Shown here: piece after piece, positions 22,955 through 36,900 of the stretch | Layout: every line of letters begins with the position of its first letter | Numbering within the stretch: the stretch's first letter is position 1 | Source of the DNA: Paraspadella gotoi | Lineage: Eukaryota; Animalia; Chaetognatha | Assembly (NCBI GenBank): GCA_051294375.1 | Contig: CM119265.1 | Coordinates: 28,805,359 to 28,869,358 of the forward strand | Reading direction: 5' to 3' | DNA: 64,000 nt | Notes under the pieces: model-generated | What the model saw: the letters and a program-made list of their open reading frames with translations, nothing else | Told to the model about the DNA's origin: nothing | The model's database searches: none | Program-made: the position numbers and the translations under genes

Positions 22955-24002
22955 AGAGACATTCAGTTTATGTTCAAGTTTTTGTTTAGAAAATTCAATC
23001 AACTTTTTTTGTTAACTGGAAATCGTCTTTTTTTGCTGATATTTTTTTTCCATTTTTCTTATTTTTTAAAGTACATATCTTAATCTATTCTTGTCAAAAT
23101 TAAAAACATTTTTAAGGTTATATCTAACTTTCTATGTTATTTTTTCTATTTTTAGAAATTTATAATTATTTTTATATTTATTGTACTCTTTTCTACGTTT
23201 GCCTTACTCTTATTACATTCTTTTTTTTTTCTCTTATCGATTTATTTCTCTCTCTTCCTCTCCGCAGAACCTCCTATATTTCCCTCCCACTTTCTTCCTC
23301 CTCCTCCTCCTCCTCCTCCCTTTTCGCCGCCAAGCAACACATATTTCTTCCTCCCTTTCGTCCTGCGTCTCCGAGCGAAGACCATCACAATAACAATAAT
23401 CATAACAAGCGGCGCCTGGGAGAAAGAGGAGGAGGAGGAGGAGGAAGATAAAGGGGAGGAGGTAGGGAGGAAGAGATGGAGGAGGGGAGGAGGAAGGGAG
23501 TAATAGAGGGAGGAGGAAGGGGAGGAGGAGGGGAGAGGAGCAGGAAGAGAGAAAGAGTGGGAGGAGGAGGAGGAGGGGATAGAAGGGAGGAAGAGAGGGA
23601 AGAGGGAGAGAGGGAGGAGGAGGAGGATGGGAAGGAAGGGAGGAAGAGAAGGAGGAGGTTAGGAAGGAGGCGGGAGAAAAAATAGAAAAGGGATATAGAA
23701 AGAACTGAACCGAAAGAATAAAAGCCAACATCAAAATGACATATTTCATACCTACTTTTTTGTTTATTTTAAGTGTATTCTTTATTATTTATTTTTTATT
23801 ATTTATTCTTTATTCTTTATTCTTTTTTCTTTATTCTTTATTCTGTATTTTTTATATTTTATGTTTCCTCGTCATTAATTTCTCTTTTTTTAAATTTTTT
23901 TTGTCTTTGCTCTTTTTTTATCTTTTTCTGTCCTACATCTTCTGTCACACATCCTATGTTTCTTTCCCACCCATTGCCGACAGAAGAAATCAACGTCGCC
24001 GC

Positions 24003-24128
<126 letters not shown>

Positions 24129-24277
24129 GGTTCCGTTTCCGCGGTTTCGCGAAAAAAGAAGAAAAATCAATTGTGAATCTAAAGGTATAATTTTAAAAAC
24201 GTATAACATGTAACAATTGTAACATACTAACTTACTATGTTAATTATGAAGTGTAAATATTTTTAAAAAACTCCAAT

Positions 24278-24348
24278 ATTTCCAGCAGTTGCCTCTTTTT
24301 TATTTCCAGCAGTTGCCTCTTTTTTATTTCCAGCAGTTGCCTCTTTTT
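24278..24348. repeat. 24-bp tandem repeat x3
   Basis: TTCCAGCAGTTGCCTCTTTTTTAT repeated three times. Confidence 0.9.
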
Positions 24349-24953
24349 CTTGCTATTGACATGAATTGCCATTTGTCGGTTCCTTTGATGGTCAAACAAA
24401 TTACCTTTATCGTTCAGCGCCGACTGTGATCTATGCCGACAAACCTTTGATCTTCGCCGACAAACTTTTTGATGAATGCCGACATCTTTGATCTTCGCCG
24501 ACGCTTTCCTTTGATCTGGTTTTGCGCTAAAATTTTCTCCAATAAATATTCTATCCACTAAAGTTTAAAAAAAAGGTAAAAGGATAAAGTAGAAAAAAGC
24601 GAAATACAGCAAAAAGGAGAAGAGGAAGAAAAGTAAAATAGCAAAAAGATATTTTTCTAAATATTGTCATTGGAGATTTTATTAGTGGTTATTGTTGTTG
24701 TTGTATTGTTTGTTTTTGTCAACATCGATAGAGACGTCTTTCTCATTTTCTCTTCCTCCAACTTCCTCCTTCACCTCTTCATTCTCCCTCTCCTCCTCCT
24801 CCTCCCTTTATTCCTCCCCTTCCTCCCTCTCCTCCTCCTTCACGTCCTCTTCCTCCTTTATTCTCCTCTTCCTCCCTCTCCCCTCTCTCCGTCTCATCCG
24901 CTCAGACCTCGCGTAACTTTTTCCCGAAGCGTGGCGCTTCCTTTCTCTTATTC

Positions 24954-24995
<42 letters not shown>

Positions 24996-25282
24996 CTCTC
25001 TCCTCTCTCTCTTCTCTTTCTCTCTCTCTCTCTCACTCACATTCGCGCCTTTTTCTCTTTTTTTCCTCTCCTCGGTTTTCCTCATTTTTTTTGCCGCAAA
25101 AAAAAAAAAAACTCTCGCGCCCAAAAAACTTATTTGCATATCACGAGTCTCGAGTAAAGTCCTCTACCCCCTGAAGTGCGCGACCAAGCGGAAAAACGCT
25201 AATTATCTTCAATATTCGACTAGTTTTTGCAGCAGGTTCAACCGAATAGACATATGTAGTGCAAAGAGAGAAAGACAGAGAA

Positions 25283-25348
<66 letters not shown>

Positions 25349-25671
25349 AAGAATGAAAAAAAACATTTTGAAAATTGAAAAAAAAAAGTTTTGTTTGCAT
25401 CAAAACTCCTTAGTATAATTTAAACAAAATAAAACAATTAATTTTACGTGGTATACCACTAGCAATGTACTCAGAGACGAAAAACCCGAAGAACAATAAG
25501 AAGAACAACAAGAAAAACAACAAGAAGAACAACAAGAAAAACAACAAAAGTCCAATAAACAAATCGAATTCAAATTTTCTACGTCTAATTTATTTCCTTC
25601 GAAGCTAATTTCATGTTTATTTTGTCATACTTTGCCAAAGTTTGTCCAAGTTTTCCTGACTTAATTGGGTT

Positions 25672-26072
25672 GTGTTCGCCATAGTTCACGAAAGTTAAGT
25701 TCGCTTAAGTTCCCCTTTATCTTTTTCCGCCCTAGTTCTCTGTTCGCCATAGTTCGCCATAGTTCGCCATAGTTCGACTTGCTTCGCCTCAATTCGTCGT
25801 AGTTCGAATTACTTCGCCTCAATTCGCCTTAGTTCGCCATAGTTCGCCATAGTTTGACTTACATTGTCTTAATTTGCAATAGTTCAACTTAGTTCGCCTC
25901 ACTTTGCCATAGTTCGCCATAGTTCGGCTTACTTCGCCTCACTTCGCCATAGTTCGCCTCACTTCGCCATAGTTCGCCATAGTTCGCCTTACTTCGCCTC
26001 ACTTCGCCATAGTTCGACTTGCTTCGCCTGAATTCGTCGTAGTTCGAATTACTTCTCCTTCGTCTAAGTTCG
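25672..26072. repeat. 10-bp-period satellite-like array (AGTTCGCCAT family)
   Basis: TT(C/T)G-type core in exact 10-bp register from 25741 to ~26060 (agttcgccat, acttcgcctc, agttcgactt, aattcgtcgt). Confidence 0.95.
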
Positions 26073-26364
26073 CTTTGATTGTTTGTCGTTGTCTTCGTCG
26101 ATTTTTTTAAATATTTCAATTGTCTATATAATTTCATACTATTTGTGGTTGTATAATTTATATTCTTCGTTTATCCTTTTTTATAGACGTCGTCGTCGTC
26201 GTCGTCGCCGTCGTCACCGGAAATGGCGCCGTTCGACGCCCAACGACGTTTGTTGGCGCCAAGAGACGCAACTTTTTTCTCCTTATGAAAACGACGACGA
26301 CGACGACGACAACGACGACGACGAAGGACGGCAGACTTCGTCGATGACTCATAAACTGGCCGCG

Positions 26365-26427
<63 letters not shown>

Positions 26428-26474
26428 GATGATTCACTCATTCCATTCCATTTTTGGTGCCATCGACTTTTGAG

Positions 26475-26534
<60 letters not shown>

Positions 26535-27221
26535 CGTGGTTCCATTCGCACGAAACGTTTCGTGGTTTTCGTTTTCTTTCTTCTTATTTTTTTTTCTCGA
26601 GAGAAAAAACAATGAAACTCAAAGGAAAAAAAATAAAACAAATGATTTTTATTTTAAAGAAAAAAGAAGTAAACGATTTTTTTTATTTTTTCATCGAATC
26701 CTCAAATCTAAAAATAGAAACGAGATTAAATCCAAAAATAGATAGAAACGAGTTTCAATTCATCTTTTGTTTCTCATCTCTTCCTTTTTTTTTCAGGACG
26801 AAACTAAAAAAGAGAGAAAAAAATGAAAAAAACAAAAAAACAAAAAAACAAAATTGAATTCGACAAATAAAAATATCGAACTTTAAAACCCAAAGTGATT
26901 TCGTGACATCGCGATGCTAATCGAGTGATAAAAGTGATATATCCATATCACTTGATAGATCGATATCACTCTACGCTACGAATCTCAAATTGATAAGCAT
27001 AACTCGCGTACGAGAAAAGATTTTTTTCGGTTTGTGACAATCGAGGTGATAAAACTGATAAAAGTGATAAAGAATCTGACATTTTGAGTCTTAAAAACAA
27101 ATCAAAACTGAACACGCGCTCTTTTACGATATATACTACATCCCATAGATGTTAATATTAACGTCAATTACGTCACACGTTTAATATTACGCCAAACATA
27201 AATTCGCGCCATCAAGCGGAG

Positions 27222-27333
27222 ATGGTTTGCTTCGACGCGACGGCGTCCATGACGGAGACGACGACGACGACGACGACGACGACGATCGTTAAAGACGAAG
27301 ACTCAGATTACGAGACTTTTACTCTTTCCAAAG
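27222..27333 (+). CDS. Candidate first coding exon of an unidentified gene
   Basis: ATG-initiated MVCFDATASMTETTTTTTTTTIVKDEDSDYETFTLSK followed by AAG|GTAAAT, a donor-like site. No recognisable homology, and part of it is a GAC repeat. Confidence 0.2.
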
Positions 27334-29019
27334 GTAAATATCGGTTTAAGCGAGATTCGCTTTTAACGAGTTTTGTTTTTTTTAAATTGAAAGTCTATTA
27401 TTAAGTTGAAAAGTTTTGTTTTCGCTTCTTGAGAATCTGTTTTACTATTCATTGGCTTAATTTAGTCTTAGTCAGATTTTGGAACAGGTTGGTAAGTTTT
27501 ATTTATCAACAACAACGATTGAAATTAATTATTTAATTTCGAGTGTAAAAAGTAAAATCGTCACTTTAAAAACAATTATTAAAAAAAAACCCAACGCAGT
27601 TAAAAGCGTTGAACGCCTAGGGTCTTCTCTCTCTTGACGTTTCAAACGTTAAAAATAATCAAGATATTGTCTTCACATTCGATCGAATTCTTTTCGCGTG
27701 AAACGGGCGAGGCACGACTCAGATCCCTCCCGTCGTCGGTCCGACGGCCAACGTCGTGTCAGTTCTTGATTGGAGTATCTAGTTTTGTTTAAAAGCCGAA
27801 TTTAATTTGAAGGGTTTTTCTAGAAAGATGGCATTTTATACGTCACATCTTGTACATTACTTCTAATATGTTAAACGATTCCAGTTAAAAAACTAATTCA
27901 TGGTCCCGTGATTATAAAATATCCATATTTATAGTATTTGTTTTTCAAATGATACAATGTTAACAATCACAAAATAAAAAAAATGTTTTTTTATCCAATT
28001 GAAAAATCTTTTTAAAACATTATACAACTTGATTGATGATGAAGCCATTAAAGTTATTAAGTTATTAAACTAGACCTGTGAGAGAGTCTTGATTGAAAGT
28101 TTGCAGGGACCAGCTATGTCATTATATTGTAAGTGTGATGGAGTCCTTAAACCACCAAAGCCTATCCAAAGTCAGGGGCAAGATTGTGAAAGATGCTTCG
28201 ATGTTTAGCCAATTTTTCCCCAAGGCTAATTTTACGTACGGTCAAAATTCGCGGGCATTTTTCTCCCTCGTTAATTTCTGTATGAAATATTATGACTTTT
28301 TAGTTTTAGTTTTGAAAATCAATGAAATTGTAAGAAACTACGTTTTCACGATTTTCTGAGGGATATTTTACAAGAAATAAAAGTAATAAAAATTCGATAC
28401 TTTATCTTCAACACCTCTTACATTAGCTCACGTTAAATCATTTCCAAACGTTCGTCTCCCTGTGGCATAAAAACTATAAAACATTTTCTGCCAAGATAGC
28501 TTATTTATTAAACGAATGGATAATATTTATTTTATAATGAGAGATAAATTAACTAGCAACTGAAACAATTGAAAATAAAAAGAAAGGAAAAAAAATAAGA
28601 AACGAAATAAAAAAGAAAAAAAAGGAAAAAAAAGAAAAAGAAAGAAAATGGAGAGTTTGACCAGAANNNNNNNNNNNNNNNNNNNNNNNNNNNNNNNNNN
28701 NNNNNNNNNNNNNNNNNNNNNNNNNNNNNNNNNNNNNNNNNNNNNNNNNNNNNNNNNNNNNNNNNNNNNNNNNNNNNNNNNNNNNNNNNNNNNNNNNNNN
28801 NNNNNNNNNNNNNNNNNNNNNNNNNNNNNNNNNNNNNNNNNNNNNNNNNNNNNNNNNNNNNNNNNNNNNNNNNNNNNNNNNNNNNNNNNNNNNNNNNNNN
28901 NNNNNNNNNNNNNNNNNNNNNNNNNNNNNNNNNNNNNNNNNNNNNNNNNNNNNNCATTTGACCAAAAATGGAGGAGGCAAAGAGGAGAGGAGGGGAAAGA
29001 GAAAAATAAAAGAAAAGAA

Positions 29020-29095
29020 AATAAGAAAAGAAAAGAAAAGAAAAGAAAAGAAAAGAAAAGAAAAGAAAAGAAAAGAAAAGAAAAGAAAAGAAAAA
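29020..29095. repeat. (AAAAG)n pentanucleotide microsatellite
   Basis: Contiguous AAAAG units. Confidence 0.95.
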
Positions 29096-32000
29096 AAGAG
29101 GGAGAGAGAGAGAGAGTCAGTGTTGATGATCTCACATCCGTGGACAAGGTCTTTGCATCATTGCCTCCCGTTGGCCAAATCTTGGAGAGGATTTTCTTTC
29201 CCGAGGCCTTTTGTTTATTATAAAAATAAATATTGTTTATTGAAAAAAAAATAGATTGTGATATTAAAATTGTTCTTAATTTAATTAATTGAATTTAGTT
29301 TAAAATGATGTAGTTTAACTAATTGTTCTTTACTTTCTTTCCCTTTTCTCTTTCTGCTCAACATTTGCCGACCCTCATTTATTTACAGGTAAGACAATTT
29401 TAAACGATTGAATGATTGATTGATTGTTTTATTTATTTTGTTTTCTGATTTTAGATTTTAATTTTTAAATTTTAAATTTTTAATTATTAATTTTAGTATT
29501 TATATTTTAAATTTTCTTTTAATACTATTACTAACCAAACTTTTGACATCACGATTTTCTTATGATTTGTCCCGCAATTTTTTTCTTTGTCTGACAATAA
29601 AAAAGAAAAGAAGACATAAACTTGAAATATCTCCACCTAATTTGGGTCACAGAAAAATTGAAAAGAAAATGTTTCAGTAAAAAGTCGTAAAAATTGAAGA
29701 AGTCGTAAATATGTCGACGATGACGACGACGACAGACGACGACGAAGACGACAGCGATGACGATCTCTCACTTTTTTCTGAATTTTCTTTTGGATGGATT
29801 TATGTCCTTTTTGAAAAGAACATTCCCAACCCTTTATACCTCTTTATCTCTCTCTCTCTCTCTCCCTCTCTCTCTCTCTCTCCTTCCCAGTCTTCGCCCT
29901 TCTTCCCTCGGTCATTCCCTCCTCCTCCTCCTCCTCCTCCTCTTTCCGGATGTCGCCTCGTCGTTGTTCGAACACATTTCTCGATGTGGTAATTTTGAGG
30001 GTCCGAGTAGAACTGACATCGACGGACTTTTGGAAATTGTCAATGAAGAAAAGTAGAAACTTTGAAACATAACTCGTATTATTCACGGGATATCAAAAAT
30101 ACATCAATGAATCTTATATTAACCGAGAAACAGTGTCCAAGAAAAAGGAAAATCCTATTGTTAATATAAATAATACTGAACATTAAAATATCGGCATATT
30201 CTTTAAAAGTCGAATTAATTCATTCAAAACAAACTAAAGTAAATATAAAACACATAGAAAAACGTTTTTGAAAAAATCGATTAGAACTTTTAAGAATTAA
30301 ATTATTAAACTACAATATGCAAATGAGATTTAGATGAACATAATAGTTTTTTTCAAATTCATTTTCTACTTTTTTCCTTCTTTCCTCTCCTCTTTCCATC
30401 CTTCTTCTCCTATCCTTTTCTCCTCCCTCCGTCGAAGTCATCCCTACCGCCAGTGGGCGTGGCGTTTTTATTGCGTCTCAGCCTCGTAACTCGCGTCGGC
30501 CTTCGGTCGTAAAATCTTTAGAACGGCGCTGGCCTCCGACCCCCTTTGTCGCCAGTGTCAAGAAGGGGAAGGGGGGGACTGTCTCCCCCGGGGAAAAAGG
30601 GGAGAGGGTGGAGGAAGAGGAGGAGAGGGTGGAGATTAGGGGGAGGAAGAAGAGCGGGAGGAGAGGGAGTGGAAGTAGGTGGTATCTTGACTGCGTTCTG
30701 GAGAGACAGAGAGAGGGGGCTTGAGATTCGTGACAGGATAGCTTGATGGTCGAACCGAGGAAAAAAAACAGAGCAAGGAAAGTCCGCTAAAGGATATCAG
30801 TATCCGAGGAACTCCACATTGTACTCTCTTCTCTCTATCTCTCTCAATCACACCTCGCTCGTCTCTCTCTTCTTCCTCCACCTTCTCTCTTTCTTCTCCT
30901 CCTCTTCTCCTCTCTCTCTCTCTCCTCTCTCTCTGGCGGAATCTCCTCCGATCTTCTCCCGCCACACGCATTCCTCTCACAATACCGCCGAGTCCCACGA
31001 TCCGTAATCGCAGAGTCAACTTTTCATACGGGGCACTGATTATTTTACATAAAAGTAAGACATACGGAATCGCGCAGCCTCAGGGAGCAGGTCACAAGGG
31101 GCTTCCGGCTGGCGGCCGTATGGAATGCCGGCCTTCAGTCAATCGCTCTTGCTTTCCGACTTAGGCACACATCGCTCGGCTCTTCTTACTCCTGTCTTTC
31201 CCTACTTCACCTTCTCCCCTGTCTCCCGGATTCCGCGCGGACGGCAGAGTCGATCCGAATTTCCCGGTAGGTTGAGGCCTGGCAGCGGGCCCCCCCCCGA
31301 ACTTACTCTTTTCTCTCATCTCTTACCCTCTCACAACATTCGCAGCCGAGTCTCTTCTGCTCTGCTCCGAGCGATCGATCATAGGGGTTCGCGCGGATCC
31401 GGGATCTTTTTCTTAAAGAAATTTATTTGACGATAGGCATGATTTTTTATATCGGGTATTTTCAACAATGAAATGGAACTTAAATAACTATTATTTCTTT
31501 TTCCCCTCTGCATAAATATGAAACACTCTTTATTTATATATATCTTAATCTTCTCCATTATAACATAGATCTCACTGGGTGAATTTCTATGTTTTCAAAT
31601 CACGGTAAGACATGATTTCCTTCTATGACAATATTCTTATTACGGTATCCGCCTTAAATTAAGATGAACTAAAAATATTTTCATGGCAAGAGCAACTTTT
31701 TAGAGCATCACATTTGCTCGTAAGAATCTGTTGCGTAATTTTAGATATACTATCTGCTTTGGCATAAAAAATGGCACGCTATATTATAAAATTTTTTTCT
31801 TATTGTTTTTTCACTCCTTTTCTTATTTTCTTTCTTTCTCGAACTTTGTTTTTCGAACTCTCTCATTTTTTCTCTCCTTTCTTCTCAAGACCTTTTTCTC
31901 GCCTTTCTCCTACGTTTCTACCTCATATTTTTCTGTGTCATCCTTTCCTTTTTCCTCTAACTCACCCCTTTTTTTCCCTACACTCTATCTCTATTAAAAG

Positions 32001-33949
32001 TACAAAATGATATTGATTCTTGATTAGAAAATGCAGCAGATGATTTTCAATTAATCCGTAGTCCAGCCCACTTTGTCTTAGAGCTAAGATTTTATCAATT
32101 CTGTTAATAATTCTTTAGCAATATTGGAAAAAGTTGGTTTTTTTTTCTAATTCCCGCGATCAAAATCACTGCCAAATAGTATTTGTGATTGTCATTGCTA
32201 CTGTAAGAAAGGTTTGGTTATTTTCTATGCTGCAAGGGTAATAATGTAAATTTATTCTTATTGTTAAAGATATCTTGCCAATTCATTTTATGGTCAAATT
32301 TTCGGCGAGCAGTGTCTCCCCCGTCAATTTTCAGAAGAGATTTTTCCATGTAGTTAGTTTTCGCTTGAAATCTCAACAAAAAGCTGTTTCGCCCGAAGAA
32401 AACTCTGTATTTAGGAATAATTTCGGTGTTCAAAATAAAAAAATCATTATTTATTCGCGACTTTTCTCTTGGAAAACTTAGTTGATCAGCTTCGTCCTGG
32501 TGACAACACGAAGTTCGTCTCCGCGGCCGTGAAGAACAAATAAAAGGAAGATCTTCGCAACTTATTGAAGTAAAACTTAAGGTCGCACAGATTTTGACAA
32601 ACATCTTTTCTTGGGTTTAGAGTCAAACGCGCTAAAGTTTTCCAAGAACTTAGAATTTAACTATAAACTTTCCAGAATTGTCCAAACACTTCATTCAAAA
32701 TTTCTTTTTTTTAAAAACTGTTTTTAAAGACAATCTGTATCTAATTTGTATTTGGCTTTATTTTGAAGCAACTAACTGAACTAAAAGCCAAATGTAAATT
32801 TTTTAACAGGAAAAGTCATTCACATTTGTACATAAAATCCAATTGATTGTAAGTGATTTTACAAAGCAGCGAGGCCCAGTTTGTTTTTGCCTATCTAGTG
32901 AGTAATCGACTAATTAGCTTCTCTACGCGGCCTAATGAAGAGCTAAAATCTGTTTCCTCCAAAAATGGTTGTAGACCTTGACTTTTTCGACCGTTGTTTG
33001 GTGGGAGAGAAGAGAGAGAGAGAGGAGAGGAAGAGAGAGAGAGAAGAGAGAGAGAGCAAGAGAGAGAGAGAGAAATCCGGGCCCGATCCGCTCGACTTCG
33101 ACCGGAAGAAGCCGACTCACCATTGAAGAGAGAGAAAATCTCCCTGACCGAGCGCAAGAGCCCGGAAGGAGAAGCGAGTCGGTCCGGCAGCCGCGCGAGC
33201 GCTGTCCAGGTGGACGGCTGAAGATTACCCGGACGAGCAGCCGAGCATTTAAGAATATGACTCCTCTCTCATCTCTCTCTCTCTCCTATCTACTTCTTCC
33301 CGTCGTCTCTTTCTCTCTCTCTCTCTTCCTCTCTCTCTCGTAAGCATGGTCTCCAAAAGGCGCCGAGGCAAAGATGAGGTGGCAAAAGGTCTTCAACGAA
33401 GGTGAGAAGGGACGAAGCGAACGCGCGGAAAATATTGGGTGTTGGAAATTGGCCGTGGATAAAATGTTGGAGAGGAGAGAGGAGAGAGGAAGAGAGAGAG
33501 AGAGAGAGAGAGACGAGAGAGGGAGAGAAAGGAGAGGATCAGCGAGAGAGAGAGGAGAGAGAAGCAGAGGAGAGACTGAGAGTAAGAAGAGAGACATAAA
33601 AGAGGAGAGAAGGTAGACTAATAGAGAAGAGAGAAGAGAGAGAGAGAGAGAAGAGATAGTAGTAGATTCAGATAAGACGCAGGAGTACGGTAGAACAAGC
33701 CGTAGAAGGACTGAGAGAAAGAGAAATAGAGAGAAGAGAGAGAGAGAGACCATGCGAGCCAGAAGAGGAGATCGGCGGGGAAGAGCGAAGGCAAGCTGAT
33801 GGCTAAAGGCACGGGTTAGCTGCTGATAAGGCAATAGAGAGAGGAGTGTACAACGATGAGATAGAAGAATGGAGAGCATGATGAGAGATAGTGACGTCGG
33901 AACGAAAGAAGAGAAGAGAAAGGGCGAAAGCGCGCCGGCGAGAGAGAGA

Positions 33950-36900
33950 GGAGGAAAGAGAAGAGGTCGGTATCTCGGATTTAAGAGACATTTGCACCGG
34001 GGCTAAGGAGAGAGCGAGTGGGGGAAAAGAAAACGAAGACAGAAGATAGGAGGGAGTCAACACGACATAACGGGACAGATAAGGTTTGAAATAAAGTGAG
34101 AACGGGAGGAGGCAAAGAGAGAGGAGTAACTGGAAGGATTTAGGAGTTTGAGAGAAAATGAGCAAGGAGGAGTACGATAGAAAGAAAGGAAATTAATAAA
34201 TTAATAAATAAAAATTTATTAGTATTAAAAGAATAAGAGAAGATAGGTAAAAGAATATCAATGTTACGTATGTTTTTATTTTTATATTTATGATAAAATG
34301 TAATTTTATGTTTTTTTTAAACACGGAGAGTTTTTAAGGCCAACGTCGAGGATTTAAGACATTGGGTTAACTTGGTGGCAGAGAATCTTCTAAGTTTTAA
34401 ATAAAAATATCATTGCTCTGAAGAAGGAAGATGTCGGCAAATTTATATTTCTTTTAATCCCTGCTTTTCACTTCCTATTACTTGTATATTACATATTAAT
34501 AATTAGAAAACACTACCTCGTCATTATATATCGAGGCCCACGTAGCGTCTCTGTTTGCATGGCAAAATAAAATCAAATTTCATATACTTATATTATATTA
34601 ATTTATAATAATAATTATACAATAATATATTCATATATATTTTTTACCCTATTTATCCAAATCAATATCATTTTGCCTTATATCACATCACAAGAAGCTG
34701 CATAGAGAAATTACAAAAAAGGTCTCACCCTTGTCCAACAAAATTGTTGCTTCGGCTTGCTCCATTAGTTTACTTGCCATTTGTCAGATCATATGGATCA
34801 CTTTTTCTGTGCATAAAGTTTGCTTGAATAAAAAATAGGGACTCTTTCTGCTCGATTGCCGCCGAAAATTACAAACCATCGAAGTATAAATGTCCTTGAC
34901 GGGTCCAAATGCTGCGAAGAGCGTAAATTGTTCTGGAATGGCGCGTTGTTCTCCGGCCGCTGCTTCTGCCGCGGCGGGGAAATTTGCTGCGGCCGGCTGC
35001 TGCTGCTTCCGTCGCCGAATCCGATTGCGTTCGACTAACTCTTGACTTTGATTTATCTCGGTCTTGACCGCTGCTTTTGCGAGAGAGAGAGAGAAGAGAG
35101 AGAGAGAGGATGTTGAATAACAGAGAGAAGAGATAGAGGCAAGAAGAGAAGGAGAAAAGGCCGAGGATGAGAGCAGAGAGAGAGTAGATGAAGAGAGAGG
35201 AATATAGACACCGAGTTGCAAACCTTCCGGGCGCCATCATTCCGAATCTCGGCGCGCAGATGACCGAACAATCGCAGATGCGGTCAGAAGCGCTAGAACC
35301 GATTGCAATCTGTAATCGACCAGATGCAGAAAGATGCTTGGTTGGGAGAACGCTGAGTTTATTGAAGTGTCATTTCCTGCGAAATGAAGGACTGCTGAGA
35401 TCTTTGCGTAAGACGAGTAATTGAATGTTTCAGATGCCAGACAAGATGGTAAGGCAGGTTGCCGTAAGAAAGCTCTTAGCTATTTTTTCGAGATCACACT
35501 ACTTGAGAGATATTTTCAATTAGGACGAATCGGCGATATATATATATTTTTCGGGTGCCTGACTATTTTTTGCTAATTCTTTTTTGCTCTTTTCTTGGCG
35601 TATTTTTCGTTTTCTTTTTCTCTTTATGGTGTCACTATTTGTCTTGTTTTTATGACTGCTCTTGTTTATTTTTTTGCTCTTTTATTTCATTTTAGCTCTT
35701 AAAGCTATTTTCACTCTTTCTCTTTTTTTAGCCTGGACTCATTATCTATATGATATTGTCAATTTTTTCTTTCCTTCTTTTGTATAAATTCTCTTTTGAA
35801 GAACAAAATTACATAAAGTTGACCATTGATCTATCTTACTATCTTGAGCTTTTTTGTCTAAAAGACAAAGAGGACAACGTATGTCGCAGTGCGTTAAAGA
35901 ATGTACGAAAATTGACAAAGAGTCGATTATGTGATCGATCACAATTTCGAAAGCGACGTCGATAGAGATAGAATTGATACACTCAGATCGTCACGTATAT
36001 AACAATTCAATGCAGTTAATTATTTGTTCACAATGACCTGACCAAAAAAAGATAAACGTTTCCGGATTGACTTATCAAGGTTAATTAATTCAAGATAAAT
36101 TGCGAATGAATTAGAAAATGACCGGACGAGGTCTCGCGCTATTCGGTGTCGGGAGAGAGAAAATCGACCCGATAATAGCACGACAATGAAGACGCGACGA
36201 CGGAGACGAACACGACGGACGCCCGAAACGAACGACGAGCGACGAAAATGGCCTTTAAGCGTCGTATGATTGAGAAGCATCGCATCTTTCGGCCTTAAAA
36301 AGAACTTATTTATTTTCCGTCGACGTCACTGAACGATAAGACGACGACAATGATTGTGATGAAGATGATGACAATGACAAGATACACAGGAGACAATGAG
36401 TATGATGATGACGATGAAGGGACGGCAACGACAATGAATAGATGACGACGTCGGATAAACAACCTTCTATTTTATCCTCTTTCTTCCTTCTTTCATTCTA
36501 TTTTATCTTTCCTTCCTCTCTCTCCTTCCTCTTCCTTCTCTTCCTCCCTCTCCTCTCTTTCTTCCTCCTTTCTTCCTTTCCCTCTCCCTCATTCTCAGAA
36601 CTATTGGCCATACATTGTATCTCCTCGTCTTCGATTCCTTGGGCGAGCGCTCTGAACTCCCGTTTCGATGGTATCAAATCACGGTCGTGTTCAAGGTCGG
36701 CGCTGAACGGAACCGTAGTAGGATCGTATGAATGAGGTGAGAAGAAAAGATGGGACGGAGGGAACATGGAAGCAAAGAGGAAGAATGAGGGAGGATAGAG
36801 AGAAGAGTAGTGAGGAAGTAGAAGGTAGATACATGAGGATAAAGGGTGAATACAAACAACTAAATTTCTACCAATAAAATAAAATAAAAATCCTCACAAT

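Noticed and set aside
28075-28207. Cys-containing short frame TCERVLIESLQGPAMSLYCKCDG...DCERCFDV
   Set aside because: Short, no recognisable family, no convincing splice signals.
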